Assembly (NCBI RefSeq): GCF_036321535.1
Contig: NC_087437.1
Location: 104,472,001-104,536,000 of the forward strand
DNA from: Camelus dromedarius
Lineage: Eukaryota
Direction of reading: 5' to 3'
DNA length: 64,000 nucleotides
The position numbers were made by a program, and so were the translations under genes. Under the pieces are notes generated by a model that did not search any database, was not told where the DNA came from, and saw only the letters and a list, made by a program, of their open reading frames with translations. Shown here piece by piece: positions 52,403 to 62,740 of this stretch (positions are counted from its first letter, which is position 1; every line of letters begins with the position of its first letter).

Positions 52403-53161
52403 GATGCTCACAGTTCTTGACATCCTTTTTTTTCTGTTGAACTTGGATTACCTAATCTATAATATTTCGTAAAATGAGCCTCAATTTAAAGCTTCACTAT
52501 CCATTTAGAATTATAGTTTAACTCAGTATTGTTCTTGTTTTTATTTACCCCATGTTTTCAGATGATTGTAAAATTAGCAACAAAAATGTCTGAATCATCT
52601 TTGTTACTTCTGTGTGATAGTAGCTGGTAAACTTTATATCTTGACTCAAAATTATCCTACGAGATTTACTAAGCAAAAACCAAAACAGTTGTTAAACTCA
52701 CTCTTCTGATGTTAATTTTCATTTTGATTCATAAAGTATATTTGTCTTTTAACAAAATGTCTTGTTAAATTTGTGCACTGACAAAACAATATATGCTTAT
52801 ATGGTCTGTCTATGTATGTATGTATGTATGCATGTATGCATGTATGTATCTGCCATCAGTCTATCATCTATCTCTACCGTAGCTGCCTTGAGAATGCATT
52901 TTATTGTTGTTACAATATTGAGGTAAGTGAATTTAAGTAAAGCAACTAACATTATTATTTTGAATGATCTTGTATTGATTATACCCATTAAATACTATAT
53001 GCTATTTCAAATATGTTTTCCTTTAAAACAAATTAATTAATTTGACTCACTGAATATATAGTATAATGAATGTCTGCTATATAACAGATAATTATCAAGG
53101 CACTGAAAATGTAAATAGGTCTTGAGTGTCCAGTATGTAATAGGCTTTTCTAGTAACCTAG
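52283..53161. repeat. Perfect 48-bp inverted repeat (52283-52330 / 53114-53161)
   Basis: ctaggttactagaaaagcctattacatactggacactcaagacctatt and its exact reverse complement. Confidence 0.95.
52805..52875. repeat. (TATG)n/(TATC)n microsatellite
   Basis: tctatgtatgtatgtatgtatgcatgtatgcatgtatgtatc. Confidence 0.9.
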
Positions 53162-54439
53162 GATATATCAAAATATATCAAAAAATCCTGGCATTCATGG
53201 AGATGACATTCTACAAGAAGACAGAAAATGAGAGTTAAAAACATTCTCTATTATTAAGTAGTGTTTTGTTACTAACTGAAAACAAAGCACTTTTAGTGAG
53301 AGGAATGTGGAGATCTATCACATCTTTGGTCCCCAAAGGCATTTCTGATGGGTTGACATAGTGCAGACACCTTAATGGCATCAGGAAACGTGTTCCTGTC
53401 TTGAGAAACTGAGTTGAAACAGAGGTATTATTTAAAAGCAATGGCTCTGAGGTATGGGCAAGGTTTGCATGTTACAGGACGATACTTAGATCAGTAAGAT
53501 TAAGAGTCATTCACAACATGATGTGTATGGTAGAAAATATAGTGTCTGAGGTAGTGAGGACTCAGAACAAGTAGGACCCAGTTTAGAGCTGGATAGGGAC
53601 CTTGGATTTGGGAACTTTGGAAATGTGAAATGTTTCAGAATAAAGAGCAAGTGAAACAAAGATAGTGTCTTTCTTTTGTAGAATTTAAATCTGGGAGAAC
53701 AGTAACTGATTGAAGACTTGAAAGGAACTCAGAATATTAGGATGGAGAAGTAGAAATAAAATACACTTAAAAACATGCTATTTGTTTAGAATTGAGTGAA
53801 AAAATCTGTATTTGTTTAAAAGTTTATTATAATTTATCATATTAAGTTTACCACTTTAATTTTAACTTACAAGATATTAATCATTCATAAACTTGAATTT
53901 TTGATTAAAATGTCCTAATATATTAATATTCTCATTTTTCATAAATTGGACTAAACTTACCTTTAACAGTGTTTCCTCATGCTCATCACCAAGCAAGACA
54001 GAACAATGTGTATATTGTTTGAAAATGACCTATTAACACAGCTTAATAAATAAAATGGTTAGAAAAAACATGGAAAATAACATGGTTCTCAATTCAGAAA
54101 CAATGCATTCAAACCACCTTGGTTTCACACAGGAAGACTGGCTACACCTGAAAAGTTGGTCCTCAAACTTTTAGCTTCAGCTTTGTATATAATTTTCTTC
54201 CAAGACTATTTAATGGACATTCCATATTGGTCTCTTAGTCTCATTAAAGGAAGGCAATAACAATGCCTGGGCTGAGGTGGATGTCAATGGAGACACAACC
54301 ATAAATTCTAAATGTAGATTCAGAGGGTTTGTGTTTGAAAATGGAAAATAATTCATGTAATACACGTTTTGTTATCATTTGTGAAAGGCAAGTATATGTT
54401 GCTTAGTATGAAATGTCCCTAACACTTCAAAATATGAGT

Positions 54440-54828
54440 TGATAGAATTACGCCTGCCTGCTGTTAGTGCAATGCCTTGTGTAACTTCAGGCATTCAGAA
54501 GTGAAATAGGGAAAGTTCTACTTTTATGATGAGAGCTATTGTTACGATGGTGGATGCTGCTGGATTAAAGATTTTTGTAATTGTTTCTTGCCTGGAATAT
54601 ATTAAATTAGTAATAATAATCGTTATAAGTAGTAGTGATATGGTGGCTTGTGTTAGAAAATACCTGGTGAATGCTTCTGTAACTTGTGGGTTAATTATTA
54701 GAGTGGGGATAATAGCTAGTATGTTCATTTCAGTTCTGATTCAGATTAGTAACCAGTGTGAGCTTGTTAGTACAATTATGGTTCCTAAGTTAATGGTCAG
54801 TAGAATGATATTAAAAGCAATACATGTA
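54440..54828 (-). pseudogene. ND2: NUMT ND2 5' part
   Basis: SSHWLLIW..EMN.LAIIP..., NPQVTEAFTRYFLTQAT, LFHFW.PEVTQGI (mitochondrial code). Confidence 0.93.
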
Positions 54829-55033
54829 TTAGTTTGGGAAGCATATAAATTAACATTTCAGGCAATGGGCCTGATAGCTTATTTAGCTGACCTTGCTATG
54901 AATTGTGGTGTAATGCGGTGGCATGAAGGATTTTGAATTCTTAAGGGTTTATTAGTTCCTATAATTCTAGAAATAAGAGGATTTAAACCTCTGTTATTTA
55001 ATCTGTCAGCGTAATTGTTTTGTCATACGTATT
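54829..55033. pseudogene. NUMT mt-tRNA cluster: Met (~54829-54896, -), Gln (~54897-54969, +), Ile (~54968-55033, -)
   Basis: Minus strand reads 'aaataacagaggtttaaatcctcttatttctag' (Ile) and 'aaggtcagctaaataagctatcaggccca' (Met); degenerate. Confidence 0.88.
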
Positions 55034-55974
55034 TGCGGTGGGTTGCCTGATACGATGGTGTGCATGAAACCGCATATACATAAGGCTAATGTTAGTGGTA
55101 AAAGTGTTTCATAAGAGTTGTGTAAGTTGATCACACTGAAATTGTGGGTGGAGAGTTGATTTATAGAAAGGAGATTGTTAGGAGGAGTGTTTTAATAATA
55201 AAGTTGGATGTGTTTAGTTCTGGTACATAAGGGTTTTGAAATGCTCCTAAAAATAGGATTATTGTGAAAATTTTTTATCATGATGATGTTAGTATACTTT
55301 GATAAGAAGAACAGGGTGAATGGGCCTGTTGCATATTCTATATTGAAGCTTGATAAGATTCCTGATTCTCCTGTTAAATAAAATGTTGAATACAGATAAA
55401 TCATATTATGGCTAGGGGTCAGGATGGGAAAATTAGTCATAGGTGTTTCTGTGGAATAATTAGTGTTAAATGTATAAGTGATCCACTTAGTAGGAGGACT
55501 GATAAGAGAATAATTGCTAATGTTACTTCAAATGAGATTGTTCTGCTGCCCAAAGAGCTCCATTAGTATATATCTTGATTTGAAGCTCATCCAGGTCAGA
55601 AGATGGAATAAACAGCTAGGCTTGATATAGCTAGTATAGATAGTACACCTAAGTTTATATTGATTAGTGGATAGAATCTGAGGAGAGGAATTCATAATGT
55701 ATAGGGGAAGAGGAATTCATATTGTGAGAGCCAGATTGTTAAGGCTAAAATTGGTGCAATATAAATATAGACACTGATGGTGTTGATGGTCATATGGTTA
55801 TTTAATAAATAATTTGAGTGCATCAGCAATGGGTTGTAATAATCCATAGAGGCTGAAGGTGTCTGGCCCTTTCTGGAGTTGTGTATAGCCTAGGACTTTC
55901 CTTTCAATTAGTGTAAGAAATGCTATGGTGAGTAAAATTGGAATAATTAGTGAAAGAATGTTGATTATAAACAT
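55034..55974 (-). pseudogene. ND1: NUMT ND1
   Basis: ATG at 55974: [35 protein letters not shown]; later [23 protein letters not shown]. Frameshifts and deletions present. Confidence 0.95.
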
Positions 55975-55976
55975 GT

Positions 55977-56158
55977 TGTTTGGAAGAGCAACTGAACCTC
56001 TGGAAATAAAGGTTTAAGTTTTATGCAGTTAGTGGGCTCTACTAACCTGGCAGATCTGTTCTTGGGTAGGGTATGTGTAAGTTAATTGAATTGAAATTAT
56101 ATCATCAATTAGTTTGAAGATGCTTTTGTAAGGTAGGTCTTATTTCTCTTGTTCTTTC
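55977..56158 (-). pseudogene. NUMT tRNA-Leu(UUR) (~55977-56050) and 16S rRNA 3' end (~56051-56158)
   Basis: 'gagcccactaactgcataaaacttaaacctttatttccagaggttca' (Leu) and 'gaaagaacaagagaaataag' (16S). Confidence 0.88.
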
Positions 56159-58412
56159 TGTCACACAGTAGAGAGAATATAATATCCCCAAATATCCGTA
56201 ACTCCTTCATATTTCTCGTTCTCACTGTCGTTGGGTTGGCATCACATAACTCTTTGCAGATGGTAGACTGTGAATTGAAGTGATGTGTGTCTGTTCATGG
56301 GTGAGGAATTACTTTTCCAGATGCACTTGAAGGTGGAATAGAGCCACTTGCTTTAGTGAACTCTGAGTGAACAAACACTGAAAAATTCAATTTTTAATTT
56401 CTGTTGATTCAATTGATTCTATAGCATTTCTAACATTATGCAGACTAAAATAGAAATCAGACTCTGAGTGGAATGCTGCTGAAAAAATAAGCAAACAAAC
56501 AAAAGGAAAAACTTAATTGTATGGTCCTGGCTTATGAGTTGGGTTGGGGAAAGTAAGGAAACTGTTATCTAGGCATAAAGAGGTGGAGATTCATATTAGC
56601 AATAGCAAAACATGTAGGAAACTATTGCCTAAAATCATCTGGAAAGGAAATTCTGTGCCCACTGAACTTGTAGCTCTAGCGGAGGAAGTTAGAAACATGT
56701 TAATAGTGTGTGAGTGTAGCTGTGGCTTGTGTTTATCAAGATCTCAGGAGAAAGAGACAATCTCTAAAAATGACTGGACTTGGAAGTATCCAAATAAAAA
56801 AGATTTCAGACTTTATTGAAAAGGTTTATTGCAAGAGGCATGAAAGGGACTACTGAGGTTTTTGGAAGGGATCTATTTCAATAGGGAGAACATTGCAACC
56901 AGGACATCTGCAAACATCTCGAAAGTAGGGCAGAAAAGGGCTTTCCTCTTATCAGGAAGAGTGAACAGGGATAAAAAGAACCAAGTGTGGGAGAGTGATA
57001 TATTGTAAAATGCTTTTCCCTGGGGTCAGTAGATCCTCAAACTTTTGAAAAATGTCTTCAGAATGGGCTATGTTCTCCCTCTGGCTAAGACTGGGTCAAT
57101 GTTGAGGGTCCTGTGAAGAGAGACACCTAACTACAGTTTGGTTAAGTCACTGAACAAGCATTTTGTTCTGATTAATTGGTGATGACAAACAAGTTCCACA
57201 ACAACTAATCTTTCCTGAGGCAAAGAATGGGATTTGGAGATTCTGGCCTGGTTATGTACAAGTAACAAGGTGTTTGTGTGTGGGGTGGTGGTCCATAAGT
57301 CTCCTGCTAAGTCATAAGGGGAAGGTTGTTCATTGTAACAAGGCTTTCGTTTCAGTAGCACAAAAGTGTGGGCATGTTTCTTCAACCCCAGCTGTTCACC
57401 AAGAGCATGAGTATCAGATACTAAGTTTTAACACTGTTGCAAGCAAAATTTGTTAAGAATTCACCTGCTTGACAGAGTTGGAAAAGTCAACTAGTATAAG
57501 ATCCCAGATGGTAAGAGATGGTATTACCAAAGACTGAACAAAAAGCCCAGTAAAATTTCTCAAAAATAGTGGCACAAGTTAAACATTGGAACATAATTTC
57601 AAGGTAGCCTCCATTAATTGAGAGGGGATCAGGTGGGGCAAGGAAGTGAAATTTCCAAGAAATAAAACAGATTTCGTAAATATGCCTCAAAAGAACTTTG
57701 GGTTTGGTAATTAACACGTGGAAATGACTGGTACCAAATAGATGAGAAGGCAACTAATTTTAAGGAAACTTTGCTGGCAAGGAACCTAAGAGATTGGACT
57801 AGAAAACTAACTGTTTGAGGTTTAAAAAGAAGAAGGAAAATAAACAAACAAAAAAAAAAACTTGTGGTCCCTAAGCTTCTTCCTGAAGGGATTAAGCTGA
57901 GAAAACTGGCCAACTGTGGGAGGGCGTATTCCCCATTACTTTCCTTATGTGTGGACAAGAAATACAAATTATAGTTAATCCCAGGAGCAGAACAAGGCAG
58001 GAGCCAGGGCAATAAAGATTTCAAAGAGGATTTCGGAGAGAACTGACTGTTGAATCTTGTTGTGAACCCCACTCCCACACCTAGAATAAGAGTCCTTCAA
58101 AATATCTTCCCAGCAGCTCTTCAGAATTATTGCAGACCAGTCACTAACAAGATAGAACTTTGATTATTTCCTTCAAGGAGGAGATGTGTGTGTTCTACGT
58201 GTGGAAAATGCCTGGTGACTAGGACAGATTTTATGCCTTTTCTACCTTTCCTTTGCTCTACCGTGGCAACTTTTGTAATCTGCTACGTAGAAGGTTTAAA
58301 TACTGTAGGCACCAGGGTACTTTAATACACTTAGAACACGTAAGAGGCAGAAATAAACAATTTTTGTGCTAAACCACTGAAGTTTTTTCTTTTTTTCTAT
58401 TCTTGTAACTGC
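56159..58412 (+). mobile_element. MaLR (MLT1) LTR-internal-LTR relic, with a second LTR nested at ~56790-57435
   Basis: MLT1-int-like 'agcaaaacatgtaggaaactattgcct...gtgcccactgaacttgtagctctag'; MLT1 3' LTR end 'gaaataaacaatttttgtgctaaaccactgaag...ttgtaactgcaacatagc'. Confidence 0.7.
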
Positions 58413-59296
58413 AACATAGCTGAACATTTTACTATTAATCGTTAATTCCAAACTCTGCTGTATTTTCATTATTTCCAATTCCAGCTTCACCATTTGTTTT
58501 CTGATTTTTGTTCTATAAACTTACATATAACATTCCCACACATTTCATGTGTATGCATTACTTTTGCCCTAGGTAACACATACTCCTCTCATTGCCAGAT
58601 TCCCTATTTATGGTACTGAAATAATTGCTATTCACCTTTCCTTTCAAATACAGAAGAAATTCTGATTATACTGTGTGATGGAAAGTGTTCCTTTTTAAAA
58701 GGCTTTTTAGCACACTACAAACTCCAAATTTATAATCCACTTAGATTTCTTGCAAAGACTGTATGCCTATTAAATTCTAAATAAACAGGAATTTTTTCTA
58801 ATGTAGTATTGCTATCAAAATAAACTTAATTATATAAAGTAGTTTTCATTGCTAAACAAATCTAATATTACTTGTTCAAATCTTAGTGTAGAAAGAGCGA
58901 TCATTTTATTCAAATAGAATATACTCAGTCTTCTTGTCATAGTCATAATGTGATATTTGCAACTTATAATTATATACCTGAAGTAATTGAATAATAAACT
59001 AAATAACTGGCTATTAATATTTTTATTAAAACATTCATGCTACTATTTGTATAGGAAGTATAAAATACTCAATTCAACAAAACTTTATTAATTCTGAAAT
59101 AACATTTTTTGTACATAGACATGATTATAGGGTTAGACCTATTAGATGTACAATGAAAATTATATCTGGTTCCATCTCATGTTAATAAACTTTCCTACTT
59201 TTTGTGGAATTTAGTTAAATCAATGAACATTAACACATTCAGTTTTACATAATAACAACCATATCCTTTTGCCTATTAAGTATTGAGACTCCATAC

Positions 59297-59541
59297 TTTC
59301 TCCCCACTCAACTCTGAAACGACTTTCTTCCAAGTTTCTAGACTGTGTCTGATATATGCAGTTTGGTAACCTTTGTCATAAATCTAAAAATTGACAGAAC
59401 AAGACAGTTATTGTAGTAGCAGAATCCCCATTCTATAATCCTTTCTCTGTGGTAGATTCTTCTTTCAATTTTCAGTTTAACAAAAGAACTTTGCATATGG
59501 GTAGCTAGGCATTAATCATGTAGTTCCTCAGGAACTATGAA
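59297..59541 (-). pseudogene. Fossil exon, C2-like
   Basis: Acceptor 'atgtttacag|', donor AAA|GTATGG. SSFVKLKIERRIYH...IIEWGFCY...LVLSIF/IYDKG resembles C2 P+V.+.+ ... W...F ... +YD. Confidence 0.5.
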
Positions 59542-60229
59542 CTGTAAACATTGTTGATAATCTAATGATGTTAAAGGAGTAGCTCCATTTTCTACCCCCT
59601 TCCTACTCAAAACATGGTCCATATCTCAGGCACAGCAGCATTCCCCGACAGCATCTTAGAAACAGAATCTGCGGCCCTGCTGAATAAAAATCCACATTTC
59701 TATGAGATGCCCATGCGATTTTATAGCTAAATTAAAGTTTGGAATATACGGTCTTTACCCTGCACTAGAATGCATGTTTTTCCTTTGACATAACTGAGAA
59801 GAAAATAGGTCATAATGAACTGGATTCTTCAATGAAAATTTGCTATGTGAATTTGTAAAAAGAAAAAAAAATGTTTATGGGATTTCAATAAAAAGAGATG
59901 CTTCTGCCCACCACCCGGCCACTTTTTTCATGAGGACTAACACATTCCTGCTGTATTATCCATTAATACTCTTTGTAGCAATATACTACACATTAAGTTG
60001 AAGTTTCAACATAATAACTAACCTCCCATCTCTAAAGTAGTGGTTTCAAACGTGACCATGACTCTGAGAAAGGATTTCTGATCTCAGATTAGTATTGAGA
60101 AAGAGAAAGACATGATTTCCTATCTCCCTTAGGTTAGGTACTTATGTTTATGATGCCCAAAGGAAAAGCAAGGATATGTGTACCATGTTATGGAAATATA
60201 TTGTGTATAATATGCTGTTCATTCCATTA

Positions 60230-60575
60230 CTCTTCTTTTCCTGTCATTCGGAGAAATCTAAGTTTTATTCTTTGTAAAGGCAGTGATTTGTATAAGAATA
60301 TTTTTTAGAAGCATTGAAGAATCTGTTTATGTAAGGCAATTAGGAACTTGCCTAGATACAAATTCATTGAACTAAAAAATATGTTCCAATTGCCATTCAA
60401 GCTTGAAAACAGCAAAACATCAGTTTGCAGAACCAGAAAAGGGCCTTAGAGAGCAATAGGAGAAGATGAAAATCATCATTCTGAGTGCACTAAAGAAATT
60501 AGCCCTGAAATAGCCCCTCCCTTCTGATACTCATTTACATCTTAAAGGATTTCTAAAATTGGCTTGTAGATGAAT
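60230..60575 (-). pseudogene. Fossil exon, domain unassigned
   Basis: Long, mostly open frame VFIYKPILEIL*DVNEYQKGG...LQRIKLRFLRMTGKE ending at donor AGA|GTAATG. Confidence 0.35.
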
Positions 60576-60738
60576 ACCTTTTTTTGGATGAAATTCAGTG
60601 AAAAAGAAAATTTTGGATTATAATAATTGACTTTGTGCAGGTGGATTTCACTTTATTTTTAGAAACATTCCTTTTATTGTTACCTAGTTTAAGTCAAGCA
60701 AAAAAAAAAAAATCATTTGTGATTATTAAGTTCTTTGC

Positions 60739-61044
60739 CTGTAAAGTGTATTTGTGAGATAATGAACCATGTTTTCCCACTGTGTAAAATACACCATGGG
60801 GACTAAGAAGCACTTTTAAAAGTTGGGAAAAATCTTTTAGGTCACTGGGATACCACTTAGGAAATTAGCACTCATTACATCAAATGATACCCTAGTGGTT
60901 TGTGAAGGTCAACATAGCTTTCAGAGAATTATGACCCCCTGAGAGCATATTGCTCAGCCATGATCATTTTATTTGCAGTGCATCTGGCTAGTTGTTTGTA
61001 AATAAAGATCTTCATGTGGTGTGGTAAATTATAGAGTATTTTTG
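60739..61044 (-). pseudogene. Fossil exon, SH3 domain
   Basis: Acceptor 'ttctcatatacag|' at 61045. AKILYN/TTPHEDLYLQT...NDHG*AIC.QG/*FSESYV fits SH3 A.+LY+F....EDL....GW....G.FP..YV, with the W codon changed to TGA. Frameshifts are needed. Confidence 0.62.
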
Positions 61045-61564
61045 CTGTATATGAGAATAAGCTAATTCAGTTTTAAAGGACAGCCCTTATATTGTATGTT
61101 TATATGAATAAAACATACAAGTTATCTCTTTTCTTTCAATGGTAAATATTTCAATATGTTCTATAAAAGATCACAACGAGTAAATCCATCAGATCCCAAT
61201 TCCATACTTTATTCATAGGCCCAGATAATTATCAATGATTTATGTATACAGAATGACCATATGTATTTGTAAGTACTATGTGAAGGCATTAGGATACAAT
61301 TCATACCCATTATTTCCACCCTTACAAAAATATTTAGTATATATTAAGTAGTATGGGTTATGCTGTATAATAATGTGTAATAATAATAACTAACATTTAT
61401 TGAGATTGTAGTATGTGTCAGGCACCTTATGTGACTTATCTTACTTGTTCCTCTTAATCATTCTAAGACATAAGGATGGATTTTATGTGCTTAGATAATC
61501 AAGGACAGATTGGAAAGACAACCTTTGAGAGAATAAGTAAATGAAATGTGTAGGACTATCTTAC

Positions 61565-61832
61565 ATTTTGTTTGTATTTTTCTACACTACGCTACAGAGA
61601 AGTGGATAATGCAATTTTGAGGAGAATTACGTATTCAGAAGGAATTTTCTGATGCTTTGGAAATTTACAAAACCAAAGTCAACTGCAGTATAAATCCACT
61701 CTAGCTTCATTGTTTGAGAGGAAGTTCTGTAAGATCATCTTCACTTGAATGCAAACGGGCCCATCAAGCACAGAAAGCTCCAAACCTTCTCAGTGGTCAC
61801 TTTGCACAGCTCAGTGACTGTTACAGTCATTC
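61565..61832 (-). pseudogene. Fossil exon, SH3-like
   Basis: Acceptor at 61833, donor AAT|GTAAGA. MTVTVTELCKVTTE/GLELSVLDGPVCIQV.../KIPSEYVIL shows the SH3 ELS and +PS.YV motifs. Confidence 0.5.
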
Positions 61833-62199
61833 CTATCCAGATAAAAATTTATTCCTCATTCCTTTACTTCAGCCGGTTTAAAAATCAATGCCCAAATACC
61901 CATCACTGTTCTAACTTTAATCCAAGACACTGCCCTCTCTCACTTAGATTACAAAACAATCTTTTAGCTGATCTCACTGACAGCTCCAGCTCCTTTGCTC
62001 CATATGACATCATTTTCCATATTTCAGCCAAAGAGATAATTTAAGAAAGCTAACTGAGCCTTGCTGCATTACTCTTTGAAGCACTTACAAGTGTATTTAG
62101 GCAGTGTCCGAAACAGGGTCAAACTCTCCGTTTCTTTGCTCTAAGTTCCTTCATTATTTCAAAACTATGTGATCCTCTGCCCAGTAGAAATACCGGTAA

Positions 62200-62740
62200 A
62201 CTGTGACAGTAGGATAAATGCATTTTCAGACATACAGACTCTCAAAAAAGTGACTTTGAGACACTTTCTTCAGGAAATTACTACATGATGTGTCTGACCT
62301 AAATGAAGTAAACAAAGAAAAAAGGAGATACAAGTTACAGTAAACAGAATAAAGAGATAAAGGGAATCCTTAGGACAAGACAGATAGGATGACTACTTTA
62401 TACGGGATATATGAAATAATTCATTAAAATTGAAGCAGGTTATATGACTTGGGAGATGTTTTCATTAGGAAGATAATGTTTGTATATCTATGTATCTTAA
62501 CATAGTAGAGGAATGTGAGGCAGTTGGAGAATTTGGAATAGAAATGGTGATAAAAACATACAAAACTAAACAAATGAAAGAAAATATGGTAATTATTAGT
62601 ACCAAGAAAATAAAAAGTTTTTATGGTAACACAAATCTTGAATATTTATCTAACCAACATTTTCATGAAATGTTTTTGAAAAGATGGATTAACAAGAAGA
62701 ATGTGTTGTATCATAAATGAGAGATAAATCCTCATGAGCA
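62200..62740 (+). mobile_element. Old L1 fragment
   Basis: 'cattttcagacatacagactctcaaaaa...acactttcttcaggaaattactacatgatgtg' resembles the L1M ORF1 end region. Confidence 0.55.

Larger units (their letters stand above)
51580..54330 (-). pseudogene. Fossil exons with C2-domain motifs (~54330-54100, 52777-52702, ~52636-52540, ~51770-51580)
   Basis: ETKRPIWN.../TKLKLKV*/SGVASLPV/PRWFE; CTNL; YYHTEVTK; GNNSGWEKTF/LVYL...Q/GFRLYDVSNQ*CIGTSSYHI. These resemble copine-type C2 motifs (C.NL, RTEV+K, NP.W.K.F, F.+YD, +G). Frameshifts are needed. Confidence 0.5.
54440..56158 (-). pseudogene. NUMT: mitochondrial 16S(3')-tRNA-Leu-ND1-tRNA-Ile-tRNA-Gln-tRNA-Met-ND2(5')
   Basis: Collinear with vertebrate mtDNA gene order; many substitutions and indels. 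Confidence 0.96.
2930..61832 (-). pseudogene. Putative unitary (unprocessed) pseudogene of a giant multi-exon gene; inferred order SH3-SH3-C2(n)-DH-(DH)-PH-RGS(n)-ANK(n)-RGS(n). May extend beyond both window ends.
   Basis: More than 25 collinear minus-strand blocks, most flanked by polypyrimidine-AG acceptors and/or GT donors. Several are exact multiples of 3 nt (189, 168, 21, 261, 198, 285). Hand translations show domain-like motifs with in-frame stops. No HMM was run. Confidence 0.7.

Noticed and set aside
54495..55440. ORFs resembling ND2/ND1 as functional genes or mtDNA contamination
   Set aside because: Heavily mutated, frameshifted and embedded in nuclear repeats, so it is a NUMT.
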